A stretch of 64,000 nt of DNA from an uncultured Alphaproteobacteria bacterium (GCA_937988775.1 CALKHP010000048.1:55519-119518); one strand, 5' to 3'; shown: positions 1 through 10,524, counted from the stretch's first letter. Made by a program: numbers and translations. The notes: generated by a model from the letters alone, not told the origin.

Positions 1-442
1 TCTTGATCGGGCTTTCGGCGATGCCCTCGAGGTAATACGAGCCGAGCGCCACGAGCGCCTTCGAGACGGCAAAGGCGTTGATCGAGTCTGGCCCCTCATC
101 GGCGAAGCTGTTGGCGATGGCCGAGAAGAACTTGAACGCCTTGAAATCGTCATGCGGCACGCCGTCGCCATCGGCATACATGCGGCCGAGCTTGTACTGG
201 GCGGCGACATTGCCGCCCTGCGCCGCGAATTGCAGGGCGCGCGCCGCCGCGACCTTGTTGCCGGCATGGAGATCGCGCACGCCGGCGCGCAACGCCGCAC
301 GGACATCCTTGAAAATCTCGGCCGGCGGCTGCGCCTTGATCGGGCGATCGTTGATGTCGAGCGCCCGCGCCGGGCCGGCCGTGGTCAGCCAGCCAGACAA
401 CGCAACACCGACGGAAAGGATAATAAGGTTACGACTCGACAT
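1..442 (-). CDS. Sel1-repeat (TPR-like) secreted protein, distal part cut by the window edge
   Basis: Manual minus-strand translation from ATG at 442 gives MSSRNLIILSVGVALSGWLTTAGPARA (signal-peptide-like), then AAQYKLGRMYADGDGVPHDDFKAFKFF (Sel1 repeat signature). It is absent from the ORF track because it runs off the window. Confidence 0.7.
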   Translation of the reverse strand, partial: MSSRNLIILSVGVALSGWLTTAGPARALDINDRPIKAQPPAEIFKDVRAALRAGVRDLHAGNKVAAARALQFAAQGGNVAAQYKLGRMYADGDGVPHDDFKAFKFFSAIANSFADEGPDSINAFAVSKALVALGSYYLEGIAESPIK

Positions 443-1184
443 GATCGCTATTTTCGGTCGCGTGACCGCCATGGAACAACGCATTCCTGCGCATCTGAAG
501 CATAGCCCGAGAAGGTATCGCCACTCTTGCGAAGGCCCGCTCTCGCTCTGGCTGCATCCACCTCGCAGCAAGCGTCGCAACTTCGGCAAGCTTAAGGCGG
601 ACCCAGCGCATTACCTTGACGAGATTCGGAATCATTATGTCGTGCCTGCCCCCGGCACTTCCGGAGAGGCTCATCCATGCAAGGCCGCGCTTCAGCGGCA
701 TGACCCGTTTAAAAAGGTCAATGTCCATCGTTTCTCGATTCCCCCGGCAGAACACGCATGATGCCCCACCGACACTTCCGTCTGCCATGCCGGCCCGGCC
801 GAATGCAAACATCGCCGCCCGGCCCGCCGTCAATGGGATGGTCGGAGGCCCGATCCAAATTTCGACAGCTAAACCATAAGCTTAACGGAGATAATGTTAC
901 GTTGTGGAGTGTGGCGGCATCGCGGCAAACCTGAGATGCCGCCTGCCCCAATGGCGAATCGAAATCCGGTGTTGCCCGGAAGTCACATTTTTGCAACCGC
1001 AAGCGCGGAACCGCGCCAAACGCGCCGCGCCGGAGCGTGGCGGCCGGCGCCCACGCCCCCACCGCGCCTCTTTGCCGTTTGACAGGGGCGCAGCGCTACC
1101 CCATTTTCCGCCCGTGGCCGGGGTTGCCCGTCCGTTCCTGTTTTCCGCTGATCGAGTGATGAGCGCCAGCGTCTGGGGCCGCGC

Positions 1185-3938
1185 ATGAATGTCGTCATCG
1201 TCGAATCGCCTGCCAAGGCCAAGACGATCAACAAATATCTCGGCAAGGATTACGAGGTTCTCGCATCCTTCGGCCATGTCCGCGATCTGCCGTCCAAGGA
1301 TGGCTCGGTCGAGCCCGACGCCGACTTCAACATGCATTGGGAGGTCGACGGCAAGGCCGCCAAGCGCATCACCGACATCGTCAAGGCGGTGAAGGGCTCC
1401 GACCGCGTCATCCTCGCAACCGACCCGGATCGCGAGGGCGAGGCGATCTCGTGGCACATCCTCGAGATCCTGAAATCGCGGCGCGTACTGAAGGATGTCG
1501 CGGTGTCGCGCGTCACCTTCAACGCCATCACCAAGGATGCCGTGAGCGAGGCGATGGCCAGGCCGCGCGACATCGACCAGGCGTTGGTCGATGCCTATCT
1601 CGCCCGGCGCGCGCTCGATTATCTCGTCGGCTTCAACCTCTCGCCGGTGCTGTGGCGCAAGCTGCCCGGCGCACGCTCGGCGGGGCGGGTGCAATCGGTG
1701 GCTTTGCGCCTCGTCTGCGACCGCGAAGCGGAGATCGAACGGTTCCTGCCGCGCGAATACTGGTCGCTCGTCGCCACGCTGGCGACGCCCAAGGGCGAGG
1801 AGTTCGAGGCCCGGCTCGTCGGCGCCGATGGCAAGAAGATCAATCGCTTGGACGTCGGAACGGAATCGGAAGCTCAGGCTTTTCGCGCAGCACTCGAAGC
1901 CGGGCGCTACACCGTGGCGCTCGTCGAATCGAAGCCGGCGCGCCGCAACCCCTATCCGCCCTTCACCACCTCGACCCTGCAGCAGGAAGCGAGCCGCAAG
2001 CTCGGCCTCGCGCCGGCCCGCACCATGCAGATCGCGCAAAAGCTCTATGAGGGCGTCGATCTCGGCGGCGAAACCGTCGGCCTGATCACCTATATGCGAA
2101 CCGACGGCGTGCAGATGGCGCCGGAGGCGATCAGCCAGCTTCGGCGCCTGATCGCCAATGATTACGGCGACCGCTACATGCCGGACAAGCCGCGCTTCTA
2201 TGCCACCAAGCAGAAGAACGCGCAGGAAGCCCATGAGGCGATCCGCCCGACCGACGCCTTCCGCACGCCGGCCAAGATGCGCCACACGCTCGATGGCGAA
2301 GCCTTCCGCCTCTATGAGCTGATCTGGAAGCGCTCCGTCGCCAGCCAGATGGAATCGGCCGAGATGGAGCGCACCACCGTCGACATCAGCGCCATCCCGC
2401 AGGGTATGGCGGACGCGCCCTACAAGCAGATCGACATGCGCGCCACCGGCCAGGTCGTGCGCTTCGACGGCTTCCTGACGCTCTATACCGAGACCAAGGA
2501 TGACGAAGAGGACGAGGAGAGCCGCCGCCTGCCGCTGATGCGCCAGGGCGAGACGCTCGAGAAGCGCGCCATCGCCGCCAGCCAGCATTTCACCGAGCCG
2601 CCGCCGCGCTACACCGAGGCGAGCCTGATCAAGCGCATGGAAGAACTCGGCATCGGCCGGCCCTCGACCTATGCCGCCACCATGGCGGTGCTGCGCGACC
2701 GCGAATATGTCACGCTCGACAAGAAGCGGCTCGTGCCCGAGGACAAGGGCCGGCTCGTCACGGCTTTCCTCGAGAGTTTCTTCAAGAAATACGTCGAATA
2801 CGATTTCACCGCCGATCTCGAAAACGATCTCGACCGGATTTCCAACCACGAGATCGACTGGAAGCAGGTGCTGCGCGATTTCTGGCAGCCGTTCTCCGGC
2901 GCCATCAACGGCACCAAGGAACTGCGCATGCAGGAGGTGATCGAGGCGCTGAACGGCATCCTCGCGCCCCATATCTTCCCGCCGCGCGCCGATGGCAGCG
3001 ATCCGCGCATCTGTCAGGTGTGCGGCACCGGCACGCTGTCGCTCAAGCTCGGCAAGTTCGGCTCATTCATCGGCTGCTCGAACTATCCCGAGTGCAAGTT
3101 CACCCGGCCGCTCAGCGTGCCCACCGCCGATGGCGAGGGCGCTTCCGCCGCCGGCCAGCTCTCCGCGCCCGGCGGGCTGAAGCTCGGCACCGATCCGGCG
3201 ACCGGGCTCGAGGTTTCCGTGCGCGACGGGCGCTTCGGCGCCTATGCCCAGCTTGGCGAGGGTGAGAAGCCCAAGCGCCAGACGCTGCCGAAAGGCATGA
3301 ACGCCGCCTCGCTCACGCTCGAGACGGCGCTCGCCTTGCTCTCCCTGCCGCGCGAGGTCGCCCGCCATCCTGAAAGCGGCGAGCCGATCCTCGCCGGCAT
3401 CGGCCGCTACGGCCCCTATGTCCAGCATGGCAAGACCTACGCCAATATCGGCCGCGACGACGATATCCTCCACATTGGCGGCAACCGCGCCGTCGACCTG
3501 ATCGTCGCCAAGGAAAGCGGCGCCGGCGGCCGCTTCGGCCGGGGCGCGGCCGCGCCCGGCCGTGCGCTCGGAGACCATCCCGACGGCGGCGCCATCACCG
3601 TGCGCGACGGCAAATACGGGCCTTACGTCAACTGGGGCAAGATCAACGCCACCTTGCCCAAGGGCACCGACAAGGACGCGCTGACGCTGGCCGAGGCGCT
3701 GCCGCTGCTGGCCGCGCGCGCCGAAGCGGCCGGTGCCCGAAAACCGGCGCGCGGTGCCGCGAAATCCAAAACCGCCGCGAAGCCGAAGGCAGCGGCAAAG
3801 CCCAAGGCGGCGGCAAAGGCCAAACCCACCGCGAAGCCCAAGGCCGCCGCTAAGGCAGAAACGTCCGCGAAATCGGACGCCAAGCCGAAAGCCGCGGCAA
3901 AAACCAGGTCGTCGCCCAAACGCGTCACCGAAGCCTGA
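1185..3938 (+). CDS. topA: DNA topoisomerase I
   Basis: 917-aa ORF. N-terminus MNVVIVESPAKAKTINKYLG...FGHVRDLP (TOPRIM). Zn-ribbon-like CQVCGTG...CSNYPEC. C-terminal Lys/Ala/Pro-rich tail. Confidence 0.97.
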   Translation: MNVVIVESPAKAKTINKYLGKDYEVLASFGHVRDLPSKDGSVEPDADFNMHWEVDGKAAKRITDIVKAVKGSDRVILATDPDREGEAISWHILEILKSRRVLKDVAVSRVTFNAITKDAVSEAMARPRDIDQALVDAYLARRALDYLVGFNLSPVLWRKLPGARSAGRVQSVALRLVCDREAEIERFLPREYWSLVATLATPKGEEFEARLVGADGKKINRLDVGTESEAQAFRAALEAGRYTVALVESKPARRNPYPPFTTSTLQQEASRKLGLAPARTMQIAQKLYEGVDLGGETVGLITYMRTDGVQMAPEAISQLRRLIANDYGDRYMPDKPRFYATKQKNAQEAHEAIRPTDAFRTPAKMRHTLDGEAFRLYELIWKRSVASQMESAEMERTTVDISAIPQGMADAPYKQIDMRATGQVVRFDGFLTLYTETKDDEEDEESRRLPLMRQGETLEKRAIAASQHFTEPPPRYTEASLIKRMEELGIGRPSTYAATMAVLRDREYVTLDKKRLVPEDKGRLVTAFLESFFKKYVEYDFTADLENDLDRISNHEIDWKQVLRDFWQPFSGAINGTKELRMQEVIEALNGILAPHIFPPRADGSDPRICQVCGTGTLSLKLGKFGSFIGCSNYPECKFTRPLSVPTADGEGASAAGQLSAPGGLKLGTDPATGLEVSVRDGRFGAYAQLGEGEKPKRQTLPKGMNAASLTLETALALLSLPREVARHPESGEPILAGIGRYGPYVQHGKTYANIGRDDDILHIGGNRAVDLIVAKESGAGGRFGRGAAAPGRALGDHPDGGAITVRDGKYGPYVNWGKINATLPKGTDKDALTLAEALPLLAARAEAAGARKPARGAAKSKTAAKPKAAAKPKAAAKAKPTAKPKAAAKAETSAKSDAKPKAAAKTRSSPKRVTEA

Positions 3939-4108
3939 CCGCGGCTCGCCCGGCACGCGCCAACGCCATGCGGCTGGACGGAATCCCGCCCAACCCGGTG
4001 CATTAGACCAATTCACGAGCGGATTTTGCTCCGCTCATCTGTTGCGCATCGCCTGCTTGAAATTTATGCAGGGCCTCGCAACGCAAGACCGATCGAACAG
4101 GAATCACC

Positions 4109-5374
4109 ATGTCCGGAGACGACCTTCTCGGCCAGGCCCATGTGCGCCTGGATGAAGCTGCTCAGCAACTCAATGTCGATCATGACGTGATCGAGAAGCT
4201 GAAATACGCGCGAGAAACCACGCAGGTCCGCCTGATGATCCGCATGGATGACGGCTCGAGGAAATCGTTCCTCGCCTGGCGCTGCCGCTATGACGACACG
4301 CGCGGCCCGACCAAGGGCGGCATCCGCTTCCATCCCGATGCCAGCGTCGGCGAGGTCGAGGCGCTCGCCTTCTGGATGACCTGCAAATGCGCCGTGATGA
4401 ACCTGCCTTATGGCGGCGGCAAGGGCGCCGTGCAGGTCGATCCGCGCAAGCTGTCGAAGGCTGAGCTGGAGCGGCTGTCGCGCGCCTATATCCAGGCGTT
4501 CTCGCGCATCATCGGCCCGGATCGCGATATCCCGGCGCCCGACGTCTACACCAACTCGATGATCATGGGCTGGATGGCCGACGAATATGCCCAGATCGTC
4601 GGCCAGGCCGTGCCGGCCGTGATCACCGGCAAGCCGATCGCGCTCGGCGGCTCGCTCGGGCGCGGCGACGCCACGGCGCGCGGCGGCTATTATCTCGTGC
4701 GCCACCTCGCCGAGAATCTCGGCCTCGGCAAATCGATGCGCGTCGCCATCCAGGGCTTCGGCAATGCCGGCCAGCATGTCGCGCGCCTGCTCGTGGCCGA
4801 CGGCCATCGCATCGTCGCGGTGTCGGATTCCGACGGCGCCGTGCAGTCCGATGTCGGCCTGCATGTCGATATGCTGATCGCCGCCAAGGAGGCCGGCCAA
4901 CCGGTCGCCAGCACCATCGGCCAGGGCGGGCACCAGAGCCTGTCGGCGCATGAGCTTGTCGGCGTCGATTGCGACCTGCTGGTTCCCGCCGCGCTCGAGA
5001 ACATGATCGACGAGACCAATGCCGGCACCGTCAGGGCGAAGCTGGTGCTGGAACTGGCCAACGGCCCGATCACGCCGGAAGGCGATACGATTCTCGCCAG
5101 GAACGGCACCGTGGTGCTGCCCGACATCCTCGCCAATGCCGGCGGCGTCACCGTGTCCTATTTCGAGTGGGTGCAGAACCGCCAGGGCTTCTACTGGACG
5201 CTCGAGGAAATCCACGACCGGCTGCGCGCCATCATGGAGCGCGAAGGCGGCGCGATCTGGAGCATCTCGCGCGAGAAGAACATCACGGTGCGCACCGCCG
5301 CCTATGTGCATGCCCTCAGCCGCCTCGCCGAGGCGATCGAGGCCCACGGCACGCAAAGCTTCTTCATGAGCTGA
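4109..5374 (+). CDS. Glutamate dehydrogenase (Glu/Leu/Phe/Val dehydrogenase family)
   Basis: 421-aa ORF with TKGGIRFHP, NLPYGGGKGAV and the Rossmann motif VAIQGFGNAG. Confidence 0.93.
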   Translation: MSGDDLLGQAHVRLDEAAQQLNVDHDVIEKLKYARETTQVRLMIRMDDGSRKSFLAWRCRYDDTRGPTKGGIRFHPDASVGEVEALAFWMTCKCAVMNLPYGGGKGAVQVDPRKLSKAELERLSRAYIQAFSRIIGPDRDIPAPDVYTNSMIMGWMADEYAQIVGQAVPAVITGKPIALGGSLGRGDATARGGYYLVRHLAENLGLGKSMRVAIQGFGNAGQHVARLLVADGHRIVAVSDSDGAVQSDVGLHVDMLIAAKEAGQPVASTIGQGGHQSLSAHELVGVDCDLLVPAALENMIDETNAGTVRAKLVLELANGPITPEGDTILARNGTVVLPDILANAGGVTVSYFEWVQNRQGFYWTLEEIHDRLRAIMEREGGAIWSISREKNITVRTAAYVHALSRLAEAIEAHGTQSFFMS

Positions 5375-5464
5375 GCGGCCGCGCCGGCCGATACGCGAAA
5401 TCGTCGAGGAACCGGCCCCGCAGGCTTATAAAGCCGCGGGGCCGCGCTTATATTGGGGGCCACC

Positions 5465-7846
5465 ATGGAATCGCCCCCCGCCTCCCCGAAGCCGCGTTCC
5501 CTTAAAGCCAGGCGCGCCGAGACCAAACGCACCGAGGCTGGTTCGGACCTCCCCTCGCGTGAGGCCGTCCTGACCTTCATGGCGGAAGCCAAGGGCAAGA
5601 TCGGCAAGCGCGAGATCGCGCGCGCCTTCGGCGTCCGTGGCGACGCCAACAAGCTCGCCCTCAAGCAGATGCTGCGCGAGTTCGAGCGCCAGGGGCTGGT
5701 CGAGCGCCGGCGCAAGGGCCTGCACCGGGCCGGCGAACTGCCCAACGTCATGGTTTGCGACATTTTCGGCCGTGACGGCGACGGCGAATTGCTCGCCGTG
5801 CCGGCCGAATGGGACGAGGAGGCGCAAGGCTCGCCGCCGCGCATCCTGGTGCATCTGCCGCGCCGGGCCGGCCACGGCCTGCCGGTGCCGGGCGTCTCCG
5901 ACCGCGTGCTGATGCGCATCGAGCGCAACCGGGAGGCGGAAGGCCCGCGCTACCAGGGCCGTGTCCTGAAGATGCTCTCGAAGCGCAAGGACTGGCAGAT
6001 CGGCGTGTTCCGCGCCCTGCCCGACGGCTCGGGCCGCATCGTGCCGATCGACAAGCGCGCGCAGGGGCGCGAACTCACCGTGCTGCGCAGCGATACGCTG
6101 GAAGCCGCCGATGGCGACCTCGTCGCCGTCGAGACCGGGCGCGACAGCCGGCTCGGCCTGCGCCAGGCCCGCGTGCGCGAGCGCCTCGGCTCGATGCGTT
6201 CCGAGCGCGCCATCAGCCTGATCGCCATCCACAGCCACGGCATCCCCGATGCGTTCAAGCCGCAGACGCTGGCCGAAGCCGCCGCCGCCAGGCCCGCCAC
6301 GCTGAAGGGCCGCGAGGACTGGCGCGACCGCCTGCTCGTCACCATCGACCCGCCCGACGCCAAGGATCACGACGACGCCGTGCTGGCCGAGGCCGATCCC
6401 GACCCCGCCAATGCCGGCGGCTTCATCCTGACGGTCGCCATCGCCGATGTCGCCGCCTATGTCCGGCCGGGCTCGAGCCTCGACCGCGAGGCGATCGAAC
6501 GCGGCAACTCGGTGTATTTCCCCGACCGCGTCGTGCCGATGCTGCCCGAACGCATCTCGAACGATCTGTGCTCGCTGCGCCCCGGCGAGGACCGTCCGGC
6601 GCTGGCCGCCCGCATCGTCATCAGCCGCGCCGGGCGCAAACTCAGCCATAGCTTCCACCGCATCATGATGCGCTCGGCCGCCAGGCTCGCCTACCAGCAG
6701 GCGCAGGCCGCGATCGACGGCCGGCCGGACGACATCACCGGCATGCTGCTTGCCCCGGTGCTGAAGCCGCTCTGGGCCGCCTATGGCGCGCTGAAACAGG
6801 CACGCACCGCGCGCGAACCGCTCGATCTCGACCTGCCCGAGCGCAAGCTGGTGCTCAACCCGGACGGCACGGTGAAGGATATCGTCCAGCCCGAGCGCCT
6901 CGATGCGCACCGCCTGATCGAGGAGTTCATGATCATCGCCAATGTCTGCGCCGCCGAGACGCTGGAAAAGGCGCGCGCACCGGTGATGTACCGCGTGCAT
7001 GATGCGCCCTCGCTCGAAAAGCTGATGTCATTGCGCGAGTTTCTCGTGTCGCTGCACATCTCGCTGCCCAAGGCCGGCGCGCTGCGCCCGGGCCAGTTCA
7101 ACCAGATCCTCGCCCGCGTCGCCGACACCGAGAACGCCGCGCTCGTCAACGAGGTCGTGCTGCGCTCGCAGGCGCAGGCCGAGTATTCGCCGGAGAATTA
7201 CGGCCATTTCGGCCTGAATCTGCGCCATTACGCCCATTTCACCTCGCCGATCCGGCGCTATGCCGACCTGCTCGTGCACCGTTCGCTGATCCGCGCATTG
7301 AAGCTCGGCGAGGACGGGCTGCCCGACACCACGCTGAGCGAGATGAAGGAGATCGGCCAGCGCATCTCGGTGGCGGAACGGCGCGCCATGGCGGCCGAGC
7401 GCGAAACCATCGACCGGCTGATCGCGCATTACCTCGCCGACCGGGTCGGCGCGACCTTCCCCGGCCGCGTCTCCGGCGTCACCGGTTCCGGCCTGTTCGT
7501 GAAGCTCGATGAGATCGGCGCCGATGGCTATGTGCCGGTCGCCACGCTCGGCGCCGACTATTTCCACCATGACGAAACCCAGCACGCGCTGATCGGCAGC
7601 CGCACCGGCGAAGCCTTCCGGTTGGGCGACCGCGTCACGGTGAAACTCGTCGAGGCCCTGCCGGTTGCCGGCGCGCTTCGCTTCGAAATCCTGTCGCAGG
7701 GACGCTTCATGAAGACCAGCGCGTCGAAGCGCGGCCGTTTTCGCGACAAGGGCCGGCGCGGCAATGCGCCCGGCTTGCGTTCCGGCGAAAGCAGGCCCAT
7801 GACACGCGTACGAACTGGAAAGGCGGCCGATTATGAGCCATTTTGA
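5465..7846 (+). CDS. rnr: Ribonuclease R
   Basis: RNB core (VTIDPPDAKDHDDAV), C-terminal S1 domain (GRVSGVTGSGLFVKLDE) and a basic tail. The ORF opens at TTG 5453; the ATG at 5465 is the more likely start. Confidence 0.93.
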   Translation: MESPPASPKPRSLKARRAETKRTEAGSDLPSREAVLTFMAEAKGKIGKREIARAFGVRGDANKLALKQMLREFERQGLVERRRKGLHRAGELPNVMVCDIFGRDGDGELLAVPAEWDEEAQGSPPRILVHLPRRAGHGLPVPGVSDRVLMRIERNREAEGPRYQGRVLKMLSKRKDWQIGVFRALPDGSGRIVPIDKRAQGRELTVLRSDTLEAADGDLVAVETGRDSRLGLRQARVRERLGSMRSERAISLIAIHSHGIPDAFKPQTLAEAAAARPATLKGREDWRDRLLVTIDPPDAKDHDDAVLAEADPDPANAGGFILTVAIADVAAYVRPGSSLDREAIERGNSVYFPDRVVPMLPERISNDLCSLRPGEDRPALAARIVISRAGRKLSHSFHRIMMRSAARLAYQQAQAAIDGRPDDITGMLLAPVLKPLWAAYGALKQARTAREPLDLDLPERKLVLNPDGTVKDIVQPERLDAHRLIEEFMIIANVCAAETLEKARAPVMYRVHDAPSLEKLMSLREFLVSLHISLPKAGALRPGQFNQILARVADTENAALVNEVVLRSQAQAEYSPENYGHFGLNLRHYAHFTSPIRRYADLLVHRSLIRALKLGEDGLPDTTLSEMKEIGQRISVAERRAMAAERETIDRLIAHYLADRVGATFPGRVSGVTGSGLFVKLDEIGADGYVPVATLGADYFHHDETQHALIGSRTGEAFRLGDRVTVKLVEALPVAGALRFEILSQGRFMKTSASKRGRFRDKGRRGNAPGLRSGESRPMTRVRTGKAADYEPF

Positions 7847-8288
7847 ACTGTCAGCCTCGGGGCCGGACGAGCAACGCGACGTGGTGAGCGCCATGCGCCG
7901 CGGCGCGACGTGCCATTGCCCGCATTGCGGCGAAGGCAAGCTGTTTGGCGGTGGTTTCCTCACTGCGGTGCACACCTGCTCGGCCTGCGGCGAACAGCTT
8001 GACCTGCACCGCGCCGATGATCTGCCGGCCTATGTCGTGGTGGCGATCGTCGGCCATGTCGTGGTCGCGCTGAACCTGATGATGGAGCGCGCCGCCGAAT
8101 GGCCGCTCTGGGTGCATTTCGCCATCTGGCCGGCGCTGGCGCTGACCTTGACCATGCTGCTGCTGCGCCCGGTCAAGGGCGCGCTGATCGGCTACCAATG
8201 GGCGCTGCGCATGCACGGCTTCGACCCGGATGGCGACATTCATGCCGGCCCCGTCACCGTCCTGCCACCGACCGAGAAGCTTCCGTGA
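7833..8288 (+). CDS. DUF983-family small membrane protein with an N-terminal CxxC...CxxC zinc ribbon
   Basis: CHCPHCGEGKLF...CSACG followed by two hydrophobic helices. It overlaps the rnr end by 14 nt. An alternative start is the Met at 7893. Confidence 0.75.
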   Translation: MSHFELSASGPDEQRDVVSAMRRGATCHCPHCGEGKLFGGGFLTAVHTCSACGEQLDLHRADDLPAYVVVAIVGHVVVALNLMMERAAEWPLWVHFAIWPALALTLTMLLLRPVKGALIGYQWALRMHGFDPDGDIHAGPVTVLPPTEKLP

Positions 8289-9067
8289 ACGATCTCCCCG
8301 AACCGATGATGGGCGTCGGCGCGGCCGAGACCGTCGACAAGGCGCTCGAGCAGTTGAGGAACGAGCCGCGCGAGCGGCGCTGGCCGAACGTGCGCCCGCG
8401 CGACGCGGCGACGCTGATCATCCTCGATCGCAGCGGCAAGACGCCGAAAATACTGATGGGGCGGCGTCACCCCAGCCATAAATTCATGCCGAACAAATAC
8501 GTGTTTCCCGGCGGCCGGGTCGATCCGCAGGACCGCCGCATGGCGGTCGCCGGCATTCTCGGCGCCGATACCGAGGCCAAGCTGCTGCGCCGCGTGCAGC
8601 GCCCGACGATCGCCCGCGCGCGCGCCCTCGGCCTGGCGGCGATCCGCGAGACCTTCGAGGAAACCGGCCTGCTCATCGGCACGCGTGAAAATGGCAGCGC
8701 CGCACAGCCTCCCGCCGGCCCGTGGGCTGATTTCGCCGGCCATGGCGTGATGCCCTCGCTCGAGCCGTTGCATTTTCTCGCCCGCGCCATCACGCCGCCG
8801 CGCCGGCCGAAGCGCTTCGATGCCCGCTTCTTCGTCGTCGAGCACACCGCGATCTGCGATCAGGTCGCCGGCGTCGTCGGGCCGAATTCCGAGTTGATCG
8901 ACCTGCTCTGGGTGACGCTGGCCGAGACGCAGGACATGGAACTTCCGGTGATCACGCGCATTGTCCTCGACGAACTCGACGAAGCGCTCGGCGCGGGCCT
9001 GTCCGTGCGGCGGCCGGTGCCGTTCTATTACGAGCGCAACCGGCAGTTCACCCGCGAATTCATCTGA
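8285..9067 (+). CDS. NUDIX hydrolase
   Basis: FPGGRVD...AAIRETFEETGLL (NUDIX box). GTG 8285 overlaps the preceding stop (GTGA). An alternative ATG lies at 8306. The upstream part of ORF 8099..9067 overlaps the DUF983 gene. Confidence 0.8.
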   Translation: MNDLPEPMMGVGAAETVDKALEQLRNEPRERRWPNVRPRDAATLIILDRSGKTPKILMGRRHPSHKFMPNKYVFPGGRVDPQDRRMAVAGILGADTEAKLLRRVQRPTIARARALGLAAIRETFEETGLLIGTRENGSAAQPPAGPWADFAGHGVMPSLEPLHFLARAITPPRRPKRFDARFFVVEHTAICDQVAGVVGPNSELIDLLWVTLAETQDMELPVITRIVLDELDEALGAGLSVRRPVPFYYERNRQFTREFI

Positions 9068-9098
9068 GCGCCGCCACGCGCCGCGCAAAACAGGGCCT

Positions 9099-10259
9099 AT
9101 GCATCAATCCGTGCCGACGACCAACGCGGCGGCGATCGCCCTGGCCATCGCGCTGGTTGCGCTGGTCGGCGTCAGCCTGAGCCTGAGCGTGCCGCTCCTG
9201 TCGATGGGCATGGAGCGCATGGGCGTCACCGGCACGCTGAACGGCCTCAACACCGCGACCGCCGGCGTCGCCAACCTCGCCGTGGTGCCGTTCGTGCCGG
9301 CGCTGGCGGCCGCGATCGGCGTCAGGCGCCTGCTCTGCGCCGCCATCCTGCTCGGCCTCGTCACCACGCTGCTGTTCCCGCTGCTCGCCTTCCCGTTCTG
9401 GTTCCCGCTGCGCTTTCTGCTCGGCGCCAGCCTCGGCGTGCTGTTCGTGCTGTCGGAATACTGGATCAACGCCACCGCCGCGCCCTCGCAGCGCGGCATG
9501 GTGATGGGCATCTATGCCACCGTGCTGGCGCTCGGCTTCGCCGCCGGCCCGGCGCTGCTCTCCGTGGTCGGCACGCTCGGCTGGACGCCCTATGTGCTCT
9601 CGGCCGCCCTGTTCGGGCTTGCCCTGCTGCCGCTCGGCCTCGGGCGCGGCAAGGTGCCGGAATTCGCCGGCGACGGCGGCAAGGGCCACAACGTGTTCTC
9701 GTTCGTGCGGCTGGCGCCGACCGCCACCATCGCCGCGCTGGTGTTCGGCGCGGTCGAGACCGGCGCCTTCTCGCTGCTGCCGGTCTACGGCACGCGTACC
9801 GGGCTGGATGAAGCGAGCGCGGCGCAACTGGTCAGCATCCTGGCGCTCGGCAACGTGCTGTTCCAGATCCCCGTCGGCTGGCTCTCCGACCGCATCGACA
9901 AGCGCCTCGTGCTGCTCGCCTGCGGCACGTCCGGCGCGCTCGGCGCCGCCGTGATGCCGCTTGTCGCCGGCGATCCCGTGCCGTTCCGGGTCGGGCTGCT
10001 GATCTTCGGCGGCCTGGTCGGCGGGCTCTATACCGTCGGCCTCGCCCATCTTGGCCAGCGCTATACCGGGCGCGACCTCGCCAGCGCCAACGCCGCCTTC
10101 GTCATGCTGTACAGCGCCGGGCTGATTCTCGGGCCACCCTTCATCGGCGTCAGCATGGATGCCTTCGGCACATCGGGGCTCGCCGCCGGACTCAGCGCGT
10201 TATTGGCGGGTTACGCCGGCCTTGCGCTATGGCGCATCTTGACATCGCGCCATTCCTGA
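9099..10259 (+). CDS. MFS transporter
   Basis: Hydrophobic multi-pass profile over about 386 aa. The start is moved to ATG 9099 (MHQSVPTTNAAAIALAIALVALVG) because the ORF's 5' extension overlaps the NUDIX gene. Confidence 0.8.
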   Translation: MHQSVPTTNAAAIALAIALVALVGVSLSLSVPLLSMGMERMGVTGTLNGLNTATAGVANLAVVPFVPALAAAIGVRRLLCAAILLGLVTTLLFPLLAFPFWFPLRFLLGASLGVLFVLSEYWINATAAPSQRGMVMGIYATVLALGFAAGPALLSVVGTLGWTPYVLSAALFGLALLPLGLGRGKVPEFAGDGGKGHNVFSFVRLAPTATIAALVFGAVETGAFSLLPVYGTRTGLDEASAAQLVSILALGNVLFQIPVGWLSDRIDKRLVLLACGTSGALGAAVMPLVAGDPVPFRVGLLIFGGLVGGLYTVGLAHLGQRYTGRDLASANAAFVMLYSAGLILGPPFIGVSMDAFGTSGLAAGLSALLAGYAGLALWRILTSRHS

Positions 10260-10356
10260 GTAGGTTGCCGGCCTTCGGGTGGACCTTCCGGGCCGCCCTT
10301 CGTTTTCGTTCGAGTCGGCTCATGTCGCCGGCTTTGCTAGTCAGGATCGATCCGCC

Positions 10357-10524
10357 ATGGCCAAGGCCGCCACCATCAAGATCAGGCTCGTCTCGTCCGC
10401 CGATACCGGCCATTTCTACGTGGCCAAGAAGAACGCGCGCACGATGACCGAGAAATTCTCGATCAAGAAATACGACCCCGTCGCGCGCAAGCACGTCGAG
10501 TACAAGGAAGCCAAGATCAAGTGA
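10357..10524 (+). CDS. rpmG: 50S ribosomal protein L33
   Basis: [55 protein letters not shown] (55 aa), starting from an internal ATG of ORF 10279..10524. Confidence 0.95.
   Translation: MAKAATIKIRLVSSADTGHFYVAKKNARTMTEKFSIKKYDPVARKHVEYKEAKIK

Noticed and set aside
429-833. A 134-aa minus-strand ORF in the gap upstream of topA.
   Set aside because: It overlaps the start of the Sel1-repeat gene. It has no Shine-Dalgarno sequence, no family signature and poor coding composition, and three other ORFs of similar length overlap it in other frames.
897-2972. A 691-aa ORF antisense to topA, and similar long antisense or out-of-frame ORFs (for example 3063..4016, 4064..5356, 5426..7000, 7028..7975, 13392..15767, 25976..28210, 33030..34139, 47073..48203).
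   Set aside because: Each overlaps a gene with an unambiguous family signature on the other strand or frame. Their translations are Arg/Ala/Gly/His-rich low-complexity strings with no recognisable motifs. This is the classic stop-codon depletion artefact of GC-rich DNA.
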